Made by a program: the position numbers and the translations under genes
Shown here: positions 16,238-25,370 of the stretch, in pieces
How the letters are laid out: the number at the start of each line of letters is the position of its first letter
How positions within the stretch are numbered: the first letter of the stretch is position 1
From: Candidatus Hermodarchaeota archaeon
GTDB taxonomy: Archaea > Asgardarchaeota > Heimdallarchaeia > Hodarchaeales > Hodarchaeaceae
Assembly (NCBI GenBank): GCA_048886185.1
Contig: JBHLKY010000005.1
Span: 138,358 to 170,357 of the forward strand
DNA length: 32,000 nt
Reading direction: 5' to 3'
Notes under the pieces: generated by a model
The model's database searches: none
The model's input: the letters and a program-made list of their open reading frames with translations, nothing else
Told to the model about the DNA's origin: nothing

Positions 16238-18442
16238 CCCCTGTCTTTAGAAATTTGTAGTGAATGCACTGATAAAGGTGAACAGATTTATCGCTGCAGT
16301 AAGTGCTCCGCTCCACTTTGTAGGCATAATATTCGGGTTCATGTATGCTCTTCTCCCACGCTTGGGTTACGTGGTAAGCAAAGTCCTCGTAGGGAAGGAG
16401 CAGATATTTCTGAAGCCGCATGGAAAAAGCTTCTGAAGCAAAAGAAAAAATATCAGGTAAAAATTCAAGAGGATTTAACATTTCTTATAGAGTTCCCATG
16501 GTATCCTTTCACACAGCTAAATGGCTGGATCCCAACCCGTCGTCCACACTACAAAGCGGAAAGAATTCGATCACTAAATGTAGAAGAATTATTCTCCTAT
16601 CTGGAAAAAGAAAATGATGTAAATTACGATCGTAAATTCTTTTATGATCCCTGGGCTCAAGAGCAATTCAATATTTGGCAGAGAAATTGGAAAAGACATA
16701 ATGGTTATTGGGTGCAAAATCGAACGCATAGAGCGACCAAGTTCGAGCTACAATTCCCACAATTAGCGTATGAAGACCTAGAAATCCTTCGAAAAGCAGG
16801 ATGTGAAATCGTTTTTGCTCCTGGTGCAAAGGAAAGACTGGAAAAACTGGAAAAGAAAGCCTCTAAGAATTTTAAGGTCACAGTTAAAACTGTGAAAGAT
16901 CGTTTAAGAATACATTGGAATGACGACTTCAATACATGGTTCCATTCTTTATTTACAGTTTTTGCCCGATTTATGGCCATTCGATCTGACGATGATCCCG
17001 AGGCAGACTATATTCCATGTATTAATCAGACAGGTCCTCAGGAAATACAAGTGGAATATTGGGCAGCATTTAGAGCTAATCACTTCTGGCAAGTAGTTAA
17101 TAAAACATTAAAGGAATCAAATGGTCCACCTCTCTTTGAATTAAATTATAAACCATTTAAACCTTCTTCCAAGTCATATGAATTTACAATTGCACCTAAT
17201 TACACCCTTCGATCCTATCAGCAGATAGCAATAGATAAATGGAAAGAGAATAGCTATTTTGGATCTATTCAGCTCCCAACTGGTGCTGGAAAAAGTTTAA
17301 TAGGTATTGACGCAATACGAGATGTTCATGAAAGAACCCTTATTTTAGTACCGAATCTTGCTCTCGTAGATCAATGGGTCGATTTTACTTCAAAATTCCT
17401 TTCAATTCCTGTTACTCGAATAGGTATATTTAATGGCCAGAAAAAAGCATTCCGTGAGTATCCCATTGTTATTTCGACATACCAATTGTTAAGTCAATAT
17501 TTACAAGATTTACAGGCCTATAGACACAAAGATAATCCTACTAAACCTCTCCGTGAGAAAGATCTAGTAGAAGATACAATCGGATTCTTTACTCACAAAT
17601 TTGGCCTTTTAATCGCAGATGAGTCTCATCACATTCAAGCAGAAACTTTTAGACAAATCGCGGTAGATCTAGAAATCCCCCGACGTCTAGCATTGTCTGC
17701 AACTATCGAAAAAAGCGTCCACAGCAGCTTAGTTATTGCAACTATGGGGCCTATAATCCACAAAATTTCTTATGGACTCCTTGCAAGAGAAGGATTCATT
17801 GCTCCAATTTACTTTAAACGAATTCACATCCCATTAACTGCTGATGAAAAGGGATATTTAAACCGTAAAGGGAAAAGATCTTATGGGAAAGTCTCCAGAC
17901 AGGCGAGTAATAAACTAGTGGCTATTCGAAAACTTCTAGAATCAACTGTGACATCGCAGACTCTCATCTTTACCAGTCGTATCAAACACGCGATGAGAAT
18001 CCATTCATATCTTAAAAAACATGGAATAGATACCACTGTACTTACAGGACATACAGTGATGAATGATCAGGAGCTTAATCTGTTATTGGATCAATTTAGG
18101 GCCAAAAAAATAAATACACTTGTACTTGTAAAAATGCTTAATGAAGGGTTTGATGCTCCTGCAGACACAATTATCATTGCATCTGGTACGAGAAACAGAA
18201 GAGAACAAATTCAACGAGTTGGTCGAGCTACTCGTCCTGGAAAAGTTGCAAAGCTGTTCGAATTAATCATTGACCCTCTAGAATTGGATTACGAGTATGA
18301 AGTAGCTCAAGCACGAGATATCTCAGATGTGATTGAACCTCATGTACAAGATCTTCTCTTACCCGCTGAAGTTAAAGAGGAGATTAATAAAGTAGTTAAT
18401 GATATCAAAATCGGTTTTTATAACAATAGATATGAAAACTAG
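16238..18442 (+). CDS. XPB/Rad25-like SF2 helicase with N-terminal zinc finger; frame is open from 16238, first standard start is GTG 16712, true start unresolved
   Basis: LRSYQ, LPTGAGKS, LIADESHH, LSAT, EGFDAP, QRVGR. The same frame continues 158 codons upstream with CSEC...YRCSKCSAPLCRHNIRVHVC. Confidence 0.85.
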   Translation, partial: PLSLEICSECTDKGEQIYRCSKCSAPLCRHNIRVHVCSSPTLGLRGKQSPRREGADISEAAWKKLLKQKKKYQVKIQEDLTFLIEFPWYPFTQLNGWIPTRRPHYKAERIRSLNVEELFSYLEKENDVNYDRKFFYDPWAQEQFNIWQRNWKRHNGYWVQNRTHRATKFELQFPQLAYEDLEILRKAGCEIVFAPGAKERLEKLEKKASKNFKVTVKTVKDRLRIHWNDDFNTWFHSLFTVFARFMAIRSDDDPEADYIPCINQTGPQEIQVEYWAAFRANHFWQVVNKTLKESNGPPLFELNYKPFKPSSKSYEFTIAPNYTLRSYQQIAIDKWKENSYFGSIQLPTGAGKSLIGIDAIRDVHERTLILVPNLALVDQWVDFTSKFLSIPVTRIGIFNGQKKAFREYPIVISTYQLLSQYLQDLQAYRHKDNPTKPLREKDLVEDTIGFFTHKFGLLIADESHHIQAETFRQIAVDLEIPRRLALSATIEKSVHSSLVIATMGPIIHKISYGLLAREGFIAPIYFKRIHIPLTADEKGYLNRKGKRSYGKVSRQASNKLVAIRKLLESTVTSQTLIFTSRIKHAMRIHSYLKKHGIDTTVLTGHTVMNDQELNLLLDQFRAKKINTLVLVKMLNEGFDAPADTIIIASGTRNRREQIQRVGRATRPGKVAKLFELIIDPLELDYEYEVAQARDISDVIEPHVQDLLLPAEVKEEINKVVNDIKIGFYNNRYEN

Positions 18443-18641
18443 TTGTTTCCTATTTAAGTATTAGTGATTGGTGGAATCTCAATAACACTACAATCATTAT
18501 GAGCGTAAAAGTCAATGCTAGTTCAAATTCTTGGACATTTTTTTTTCTGATAGAACTATTTATCTAATTAATATCTCAATATTTTTTATGTGGCTAAGTA
18601 CACCTCTTAATATTAGTAAAAAAAAGATTATGCTTTTTAAT

Positions 18642-19871
18642 CTATTTTACAATGCGTAGAGTTTTTCTTCTATTCAGAATGAATAGTATCAACGTGATTA
18701 TTATGATTGCGAAAGAAATAATGTAGAAAACACTAATTAGGTCAAGGAACTCCCAAATCGGCCCTGATATGATAGTCGAACCTGTGCGTCCTAAAGATAC
18801 ATAGAATCCTAAAGCACCAAGGGCTGTGCCTTTATAAGATAAGGGTGCTTTTCTTGATACCTCATTATTTTCAGCCATATATGCAGTCACCAAAGATAAG
18901 TTCATGAAAATGTAGATTATTATCAATAGTAAAAAATTCTTTACAATCGTAAAAATGATTAATGCAAAAGAATAAACGATGAGGGTTGTCGTTATAACAG
19001 AAGTGAAGGTAAATTTATCAGTTAATCTACCAAGAAATGGTTTGAACCATAGACTCACCAAAATTACCCATAATCCAATTTCAGAGACATCTCCACGACT
19101 GAATCCTTTTTGAACTATAAGTAATGGAATAAATGTCGCAGCCGTGAACTCAACAAATGATACAAGTAATTGATAGATGTAAGCCTGCGTTAATTCTTTT
19201 GTCAAAGTCATTTTCTTTAAGGAGGACAACATTGAGAAAAAAGAGTCAAATATTGCTTTTGGAATGCTGGAAACTTGCTTTTTATTTGTTATTTCTAGTC
19301 CTTCAGGTAAAATAATAATGTTCACTAGCCCAAACACAAATGCAATTCCTGCAGCAATACCAAATAGATCAGTCAATTTCCAGACCAATTCATCTAAAAC
19401 TAAACTAGAAATTAACAATCCAAAAAGAGACCCTAAATCAGCCATTTGAAATATTCGTCCTATATTTCCTCCTCCAAAACTATTATCAGAGGCAAAATCT
19501 GAAAGATATGCCAAAATACATGGCCAGAATGCACTCATTCCGATTGCTACAAACATAATTGATAGTAACACCCAATGCCAGCTATCTGCAACAGACATGA
19601 GTACCAATGAAAGTGTTATACTGAAATGCCCTGATATAATCAATGGTTTCCTGCCGATTATCTGAGAGAGTTCACCAAAAGGTACACGAAAAAAAAGCTG
19701 TAAGAAATTCCTTAATGAAACAATAACCGTTATAATAGTAATAGCAGTTAAAAGATCCTCCCTTAAGAAAATAACCAAATAATTTCTTAATATAACCAAT
19801 TGAAATGTAGCTAAAACAGTGCTAAATCCGCCTATCCAGATTGCTTTGTTGTTACTTTTTATTTGGGTCAT
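18642..19871 (-). CDS. MFS transporter
   Basis: About 12 hydrophobic segments; motif A-like GELSQIIGRK and GRLTDKF. Confidence 0.9.
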   Translation of the reverse strand: MTQIKSNNKAIWIGGFSTVLATFQLVILRNYLVIFLREDLLTAITIITVIVSLRNFLQLFFRVPFGELSQIIGRKPLIISGHFSITLSLVLMSVADSWHWVLLSIMFVAIGMSAFWPCILAYLSDFASDNSFGGGNIGRIFQMADLGSLFGLLISSLVLDELVWKLTDLFGIAAGIAFVFGLVNIIILPEGLEITNKKQVSSIPKAIFDSFFSMLSSLKKMTLTKELTQAYIYQLLVSFVEFTAATFIPLLIVQKGFSRGDVSEIGLWVILVSLWFKPFLGRLTDKFTFTSVITTTLIVYSFALIIFTIVKNFLLLIIIYIFMNLSLVTAYMAENNEVSRKAPLSYKGTALGALGFYVSLGRTGSTIISGPIWEFLDLISVFYIISFAIIIITLILFILNRRKTLRIVK

Positions 19872-20053
19872 CTGACATTAATCAGCCTAATTATTTGTAA
19901 TTTAATCGAATTCTAGGTTTTGTTTATCTTGTTTCCTCAATTTTACACAATACTTAGAACAAAAATTATTTAATGCTATTCCGAGGTAAACAAGTAATTT
20001 TCTTTAATATCTTCTAATTAATTTGAAGAAAGTTTTTGGAAGAATGAAAGACA

Positions 20054-20950
20054 ATGGTTAAGATTATTCATAGTGAAGAAGCAACTGTTATAGCTAATAA
20101 GATTGAAATTGTCTATGACACCTTTGGTGATCCTAAAAACCCACCCATGTTGCTTATTATGGGATTAAGTACACAGATGATACAATGGGACGAAGCTTTT
20201 TGCCATGAACTAGCAAAAAAGGGATTTTGGGTTATTCGATATGATAATCGTGACATTGGTCTATCAACAAAGTTTGATGAAGCAGGTATTCCTGATTTAA
20301 TGGATTTGTTGATGAGAGTACAGCAAGGAGAGGTAGTTGAAGCTCCCTATACGTTAATAGATATGGCAGCTGATGCAGTAGGATTACTTGATGCTTTAAG
20401 AATTGAAAGCGCTCACATTGTAGGGGCATCAATGGGTGGAATGATTGCTCAAACCATTGCAATTCACTTCCCTGAAAGAATTCGAACTCTCACATCAATA
20501 ATGTCGTCCACTAGCAACCCAGAACTACCACAACCAGATCCCGAAGCATTGAACATCCTCATCACTCCCCCTCCATCAGATCGAGCAGAATATATTGAAT
20601 ATTCTGTAAAAATATGGCGTTTTTTAAGTGGAAAATTACCTTTTGATGAGAATTATGTTCGAAAACTCTCAGCTCGTGCATTTGATCGGAGTTTTTATCC
20701 AGTTGGATCTGCGAGACAATTAGCAGCCATTCTCGCTTCTGGTAGCAGGAAGGAAGAGCTGAGAAATGTACAAACTCCTACCCTTGTGATTCATGGAGAC
20801 ACTGATCCGTTGGTTCCAATTGAAGGAGGAAAAGAGACTGCGGAGGTCATCCCAAACGCCAAACTTTTAATAATTGAAGGAATGGGTCATAGCATCCCCG
20901 CCGAAGCAGCACCAAAAGTCTTAGAAGCCATTATACAACACGCAGTATAA
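20054..20950 (+). CDS. Alpha/beta hydrolase (esterase)
   Basis: MLLIMGL, RYDNRDIG, nucleophile GASMGG, HGDTDPL, GMGH. Confidence 0.92.
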   Translation: MVKIIHSEEATVIANKIEIVYDTFGDPKNPPMLLIMGLSTQMIQWDEAFCHELAKKGFWVIRYDNRDIGLSTKFDEAGIPDLMDLLMRVQQGEVVEAPYTLIDMAADAVGLLDALRIESAHIVGASMGGMIAQTIAIHFPERIRTLTSIMSSTSNPELPQPDPEALNILITPPPSDRAEYIEYSVKIWRFLSGKLPFDENYVRKLSARAFDRSFYPVGSARQLAAILASGSRKEELRNVQTPTLVIHGDTDPLVPIEGGKETAEVIPNAKLLIIEGMGHSIPAEAAPKVLEAIIQHAV

Positions 20951-20955
20951 CAAAA

Positions 20956-21516
20956 TTATGTAAGTCGCCTTTCAAATTCAATGTATCGTTCTTGTAATTC
21001 AGCGATAAAACGATCGATTTCCTTTTCCACGATTTCGATCCATTCAACTAAAATATTGAGAACTTGAAGTGCTCTTTTTCCCTTTTCTGTTTCTTTAGAC
21101 TCTGCAGATAGAGAAATCCCCCAGTGATCACGGATACGTCTGAGATCTTCAGCTTTGTCATGTAATGAGTCTGCATTCGTATCGTAGGTGTGAATTAGTA
21201 ACTCACGAAATGATGTTGAATCAACCTGATATTTCCACTCTCGACTCCCAGGTTCACGACGGCGAGCTATTAAATTCCATTTTTCTAGCTCTTTTAAATT
21301 CCTGCTAATTGTCGAGGGATTCACTTTGAATTCTTTCTGAAGTAAGCTTTGGTTTAAGTCCTCTTCAGGTGTTGATAAAACACATAATGAATAGATACGC
21401 CCTAGTAGTGGGGAGCCACCTCGATCATACATAAAATCCTCGAAAAAATTGGAAATTTCCTCTTCTAATTTTGTAATGTCTTGAGGAACTTTCTCTTCTT
21501 TCTTTGGTTCGGACAT
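20956..21516 (-). CDS. GbsR/MarR-like winged-helix regulator
   Basis: GRIYSL, LNQSLLQKEFKVNPSTISRNLKELEKWNLI, wing RREPGSREWKY. Confidence 0.8.
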   Translation of the reverse strand: MSEPKKEEKVPQDITKLEEEISNFFEDFMYDRGGSPLLGRIYSLCVLSTPEEDLNQSLLQKEFKVNPSTISRNLKELEKWNLIARRREPGSREWKYQVDSTSFRELLIHTYDTNADSLHDKAEDLRRIRDHWGISLSAESKETEKGKRALQVLNILVEWIEIVEKEIDRFIAELQERYIEFERRLT

Positions 21517-21749
21517 AAAATTCGACCTACAATAATATAAAAGGATTTGAATACATTAAATGAGGATCTTTATAAAAATCTTATCAATTTTCTCCAAGAA
21601 ACATTCTTTATATCAAAAGCAAAGAGAATCAAAAAGTATAGATAATTGGTTATGATTGATGTTGATCACCAATTTATTCTTATATGAAACATACAGAAAA
21701 ACTCTTTTTGGAATTATTAGATACTAGAAGAATGGTTAAGATCAAAACT

Positions 21750-22133
21750 TCAATTACCTTGTGAAGATAAAAAACGGTTCACGAATTGAATTAATTCTTC
21801 CGAAGTAAATGGTTTAGTGAGAAATGCATCAACACCAACCTTCATTCCCTCCTCAAATTGTTCATCTGTAATCAAACTAGAATAGAGAATTACTGGAATG
21901 TGTTTAGTTAAAGTGTTATCTTTTATTTGTTTACAAATGTCAAAACCTGTGGTATAAGGTAATCTAATGTCCATAAGAACTAAGTCAGGATTTTGAGACA
22001 CGAGTTCTAATGCCTCAGAACCATCAGAAGCACCCCAAATAGTATAACTCTTCTTCTCGAGAATAACTCTCATTAGTTTCAGAGAATAAGGATCATCATC
22101 AACAACAAGAATAATCTTTGAAAGATTAGCCAT
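21750..22133 (-). CDS. Stand-alone response regulator receiver (CheY-like)
   Basis: ILVVDDD, phosphoacceptor LMDIRLP, YSS, FLTKPF. Confidence 0.92.
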   Translation of the reverse strand: MANLSKIILVVDDDPYSLKLMRVILEKKSYTIWGASDGSEALELVSQNPDLVLMDIRLPYTTGFDICKQIKDNTLTKHIPVILYSSLITDEQFEEGMKVGVDAFLTKPFTSEELIQFVNRFLSSQGN

Positions 22134-22262
22134 TGCTAGAACACAACTTTTGAAATGTGCATCTTTAATGAACTATGAGGAATTTTTTGCCTAAAACATT
22201 TACCAAATTTACTCCTAATCTTATCAGACAATGCTCTTAGCGACTGTTTGGAAATGACAAAA

Positions 22263-22294
22263 TTTATATTGTTATATTTGCAAAACTTATGCAA
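22263..22294 (+). promoter_or_regulatory. TATA box (22263-22270) plus 17-bp operator TTGCA-AAACTTA-TGCAA (22278-22294) upstream of ABC module 1
   Basis: Inverted repeat read directly; the same motif and spacing recur at 30070-30101. Confidence 0.6.
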
Positions 22295-22352
22295 CTAAGA
22301 AAATTATAAATAATTCCCATAATTTGCAGGTATAATAATCTGGAAGTGCTTT

Positions 22353-23312
22353 TTGATGTCAACTAATGGAGCAGTCCTAAAGGTACAGAATTTAACAAAG
22401 ATATATGGTAGAGAACTTCAATTAGGCCCTCGAAAAGTTGGGCGTCGTATCGTTGCAGTAAATGACATAAGTTTCTCTGTTAAAAAGGGAGAAATATTTG
22501 GATTTCTTGGCCCCAACGGAGCGGGGAAAACAACAACTATCCGTTCCATTCTCGGTTACCTAACTATCAAAGCAGGGATAATTAAGATTAATGGCCTAGA
22601 TTATCGGAATGACGCCCTAGAAATCAGGAAAAACATCGGGTATATCCCTGGTGATGTGACTTTGTACGGAAATTTCACTGGAAATGAATTAATCAGTTAT
22701 TTTAACGAATTTCGCCCTACTGATATAATTTTTCTAAATCAACTTCGCTCTATTTTCAAAGTTGATCTTTCACTTAAAATCAGGAACCTCTCCTCGGGAA
22801 ACCGTCAACAAGCGGCAATTATCGTCGCCTTGGCCAGCAATCCTGATTTTCTCATTTTAGATGAACCTTCTAGTGGCTTGGACCCCTTAATGGCATCTCG
22901 ATTTCACAAATTATTACTTGAGATGCGAGATAAGGGGAAAACAATCTTCCTGTCAAGTCATAATCTCACTGAGGTACAAGCTGTCTGTGATCGTGTGGGA
23001 ATAATTCGTGAAGGAAAAATGATAATTATTGAATCTATTAAGGAACTAAAAAAGAAATCAATGCAAGCAATGAACGTAGAATTTGCAAGTGGCGAAGTTA
23101 TTGAAGTTGACGTATTTAAGGCTATACCAAATGTAATTGAGGTTAAGAAACAGGATGGGATATTCCAAATCAAAGTCAAAGAGGACGTGAACGATTTACT
23201 TAAGGCAGTGACTTCGCGACGTGTTAAAAGAATGACCTTAGAGGATAGCAGTCTCGAAGAGATCTTTCTCGAGTATTATAAAGATGAACTGGACCGAGAA
23301 AAGGAGGAATGA
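22353..23312 (+). CDS. ABC-2 type transporter ATP-binding subunit
   Basis: GPNGAGKT, signature LSSGNRQ, ILDEPSSGLD, SSH; C-terminal SLEEIFLEYY. Confidence 0.95.
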   Translation: MMSTNGAVLKVQNLTKIYGRELQLGPRKVGRRIVAVNDISFSVKKGEIFGFLGPNGAGKTTTIRSILGYLTIKAGIIKINGLDYRNDALEIRKNIGYIPGDVTLYGNFTGNELISYFNEFRPTDIIFLNQLRSIFKVDLSLKIRNLSSGNRQQAAIIVALASNPDFLILDEPSSGLDPLMASRFHKLLLEMRDKGKTIFLSSHNLTEVQAVCDRVGIIREGKMIIIESIKELKKKSMQAMNVEFASGEVIEVDVFKAIPNVIEVKKQDGIFQIKVKEDVNDLLKAVTSRRVKRMTLEDSSLEEIFLEYYKDELDREKEE

Positions 23313-24139
23313 AGTTGATAACGATTTATAAAAAACATATACAAAAAACTTGGCTCTTTTGGCTCTTACCTATAATATTACTTATAGTTTTATCCTTATA
23401 TATGGTTGTACTTTGGCCCACTTTTGAACCTCTTGCGGAAGATCTTCAGGAATTTTTAGAAAACCCCTTATATCAAGCTATACTTAGTGAGGGATCCTTT
23501 GAGTTGGGAATAGCATCATTTGAGGGTTTACTTAGCATAGAAATCTTCTTAGTTGGTGATCTCATTTTTCTGGGTTTGATCTTACTGTTTGGTACAATGA
23601 TCGTCGCAAGGGAAGTGGATACTGGAACTTTGGACATAATACTTAGTTTTCCTGTTCCAAGATGGAGATTTCTCCTAGAAAAATTTCTTGCCTTTATCAC
23701 TGTAACACTGACATTTCCGATTCTCACCTGGTTAGCCACAGCGTTGGGAGCGATGGCTTATGGTATAGATTTCAATAGTGAAGCTTATTTCCTGGGATTA
23801 TTTGGTAGATGGATCTTATATATGACATTGACATGTATCGTCATCCTCTGCTCGATAATTTTCATGGATACGACGAAGACACTTGGATCAGCTGGATTAA
23901 TCCTTGGAGGATCCTTTATTTTAGAACGTCTTGGGGGATTAGTTAGGACTGCTAGTGAAGAAACAGCTGATATTCTGCAAGGAATTTCTTTGTTTCATTA
24001 CTTAGATGGTTCAACGATCATGAACGCAATTTTAGATAACAATGGATTTCCGCTAGAAGAACTCATACTTGTACTACTAATAGGATTCATGGCTTTGCTA
24101 GCTTCATTGATGCTTTTTCAGACACGGGAATTTAAGTGA
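23309..24139 (+). CDS. ABC-2 type permease
   Basis: 4-nt overlap with the ATPase; AREVDTGTLDIILSFPVPRWRFLLEKF; about 6 TM segments. Confidence 0.9.
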   Translation: MKLITIYKKHIQKTWLFWLLPIILLIVLSLYMVVLWPTFEPLAEDLQEFLENPLYQAILSEGSFELGIASFEGLLSIEIFLVGDLIFLGLILLFGTMIVAREVDTGTLDIILSFPVPRWRFLLEKFLAFITVTLTFPILTWLATALGAMAYGIDFNSEAYFLGLFGRWILYMTLTCIVILCSIIFMDTTKTLGSAGLILGGSFILERLGGLVRTASEETADILQGISLFHYLDGSTIMNAILDNNGFPLEELILVLLIGFMALLASLMLFQTREFK

Positions 24140-24153
24140 ACTAATCTAAATAA

Positions 24154-25041
24154 TCAGATGTTTCTTGTGCCACAATTAGTACAAAATATTTCTCTAGGTG
24201 AAATTCTCTCTCCACAAACGGAACAATAACCAACTTCATCCATTTTTTCAGCGCTCTTATGTCTTAATCTTGGTTCATATAATACTGTACTCCTTCTACT
24301 TTGGGATCTTTGACTTCTTACAAGGAGAATACTTACGATACTTATTAATGAAAATAGCAGCAATGTTCCAAGAGCAAAAATTCCGATTAGTCCAAGAGTG
24401 ATGAAGGTAAAGTCATCTGAACTGACAGAGTATTGATATGATTCAAAGCTTACTTCCTCATATGATATTTCTAACCTAGATGACCAATAATACCCATTCT
24501 CTTCAGAGGCAATTGTAATTGACCCTTGACTACTAATAAGGGGTTCAATTTTGAAGTAATAGTAACCATTCTCCCTCACATGATGGACTGCACTCAAAGT
24601 GCATTCATACCAACCAAGCTGGGTAATGGTACCCACACTAACTAAAGTTTCTTCTCTTGAATTTGGTTTGTTTTCCCAAGTTATTGATTCTTCGTTAAAT
24701 GAAGAAGTTTCCCATACCCAAATATCGAATGATTGATTGAGGGGTATCAATGAAGTAATGTTAATACTTAATTTAACCCCTAAAACTTCACATGGAAATG
24801 GTAAACTGTTTACCCTAAAAGCTAAAAAGGTAAAATGCCATGTTAATGGAGAACTATTATAAGTGACTTTTAAATCTGAAGAGTTACCATAATTAATATC
24901 TGGATCCGAAGAGATGACATAAGAGTCAAAGGTACAATCAGAGATAACTGAATGCTCAACTAAAGGGGTGCTTGAGATTGAAAAGCAACCTAGGAAAGAT
25001 ATAGTTAATATGATAATTATAAATACTCTTTCTCTCATCAC
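24154..25041 (-). CDS. Single-pass membrane protein: signal peptide, DNRLRE/CBM96-like domain, TM helix, cytoplasmic double zinc ribbon
   Basis: Hydrophobic N-terminus; DSYVISSDPDINYGNSSDLKV; TM around residues 212-241; YCSVCG...FCTNCG. Confidence 0.6.
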   Translation of the reverse strand: MMRERVFIIIILTISFLGCFSISSTPLVEHSVISDCTFDSYVISSDPDINYGNSSDLKVTYNSSPLTWHFTFLAFRVNSLPFPCEVLGVKLSINITSLIPLNQSFDIWVWETSSFNEESITWENKPNSREETLVSVGTITQLGWYECTLSAVHHVRENGYYYFKIEPLISSQGSITIASEENGYYWSSRLEISYEEVSFESYQYSVSSDDFTFITLGLIGIFALGTLLLFSLISIVSILLVRSQRSQSRRSTVLYEPRLRHKSAEKMDEVGYCSVCGERISPREIFCTNCGTRNI

Positions 25042-25107
25042 TTCACCGTGTTTGATACATTTTAGTTTTAATGACTTCTTAAATTTATTCTTAGCAGAAT
25101 AAATTCA

Positions 25108-25287
25108 TTAGTCACAAGCTTGGTCACTTTTGACTGTATTAAGTTGACAAGACTTACAGAAGTATTCACCATTTGTGGTTTCTATCGTGCATTTTTCACA
25201 GAAGGTTCCTTTACAGAATGCACAAATATATTTGTTTTTACGTTTGCCACACCATTCACATAACTCTATACCCTCTTTTTCAGTCAT
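25108..25287 (-). CDS. 59-aa zinc-finger protein with four CxxC pairs (absent from the ORF track)
   Basis: MTEKEGIELCEWCGKRKNKYICAFCKGTFCEKCTIETTNGEYFCKSCQLNTVKSDQACD; GTGAG RBS-like element just upstream; fills an otherwise empty gap. Confidence 0.8.
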   Translation of the reverse strand: MTEKEGIELCEWCGKRKNKYICAFCKGTFCEKCTIETTNGEYFCKSCQLNTVKSDQACD

Positions 25288-25370
25288 CTTCTCACATCAA
25301 GAAGTGAACATGCATTCTTAACATATCACCATACCTAATTATACTGGAGAAGATATGTAAAATTAATTTT

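Noticed and set aside
16209-16617. ORFs 16209-16481 (-) and 16420-16617 (+)
   Set aside because: Both overlap the open helicase frame, which has a convincing zinc finger. They show no motifs and are treated as shadows.
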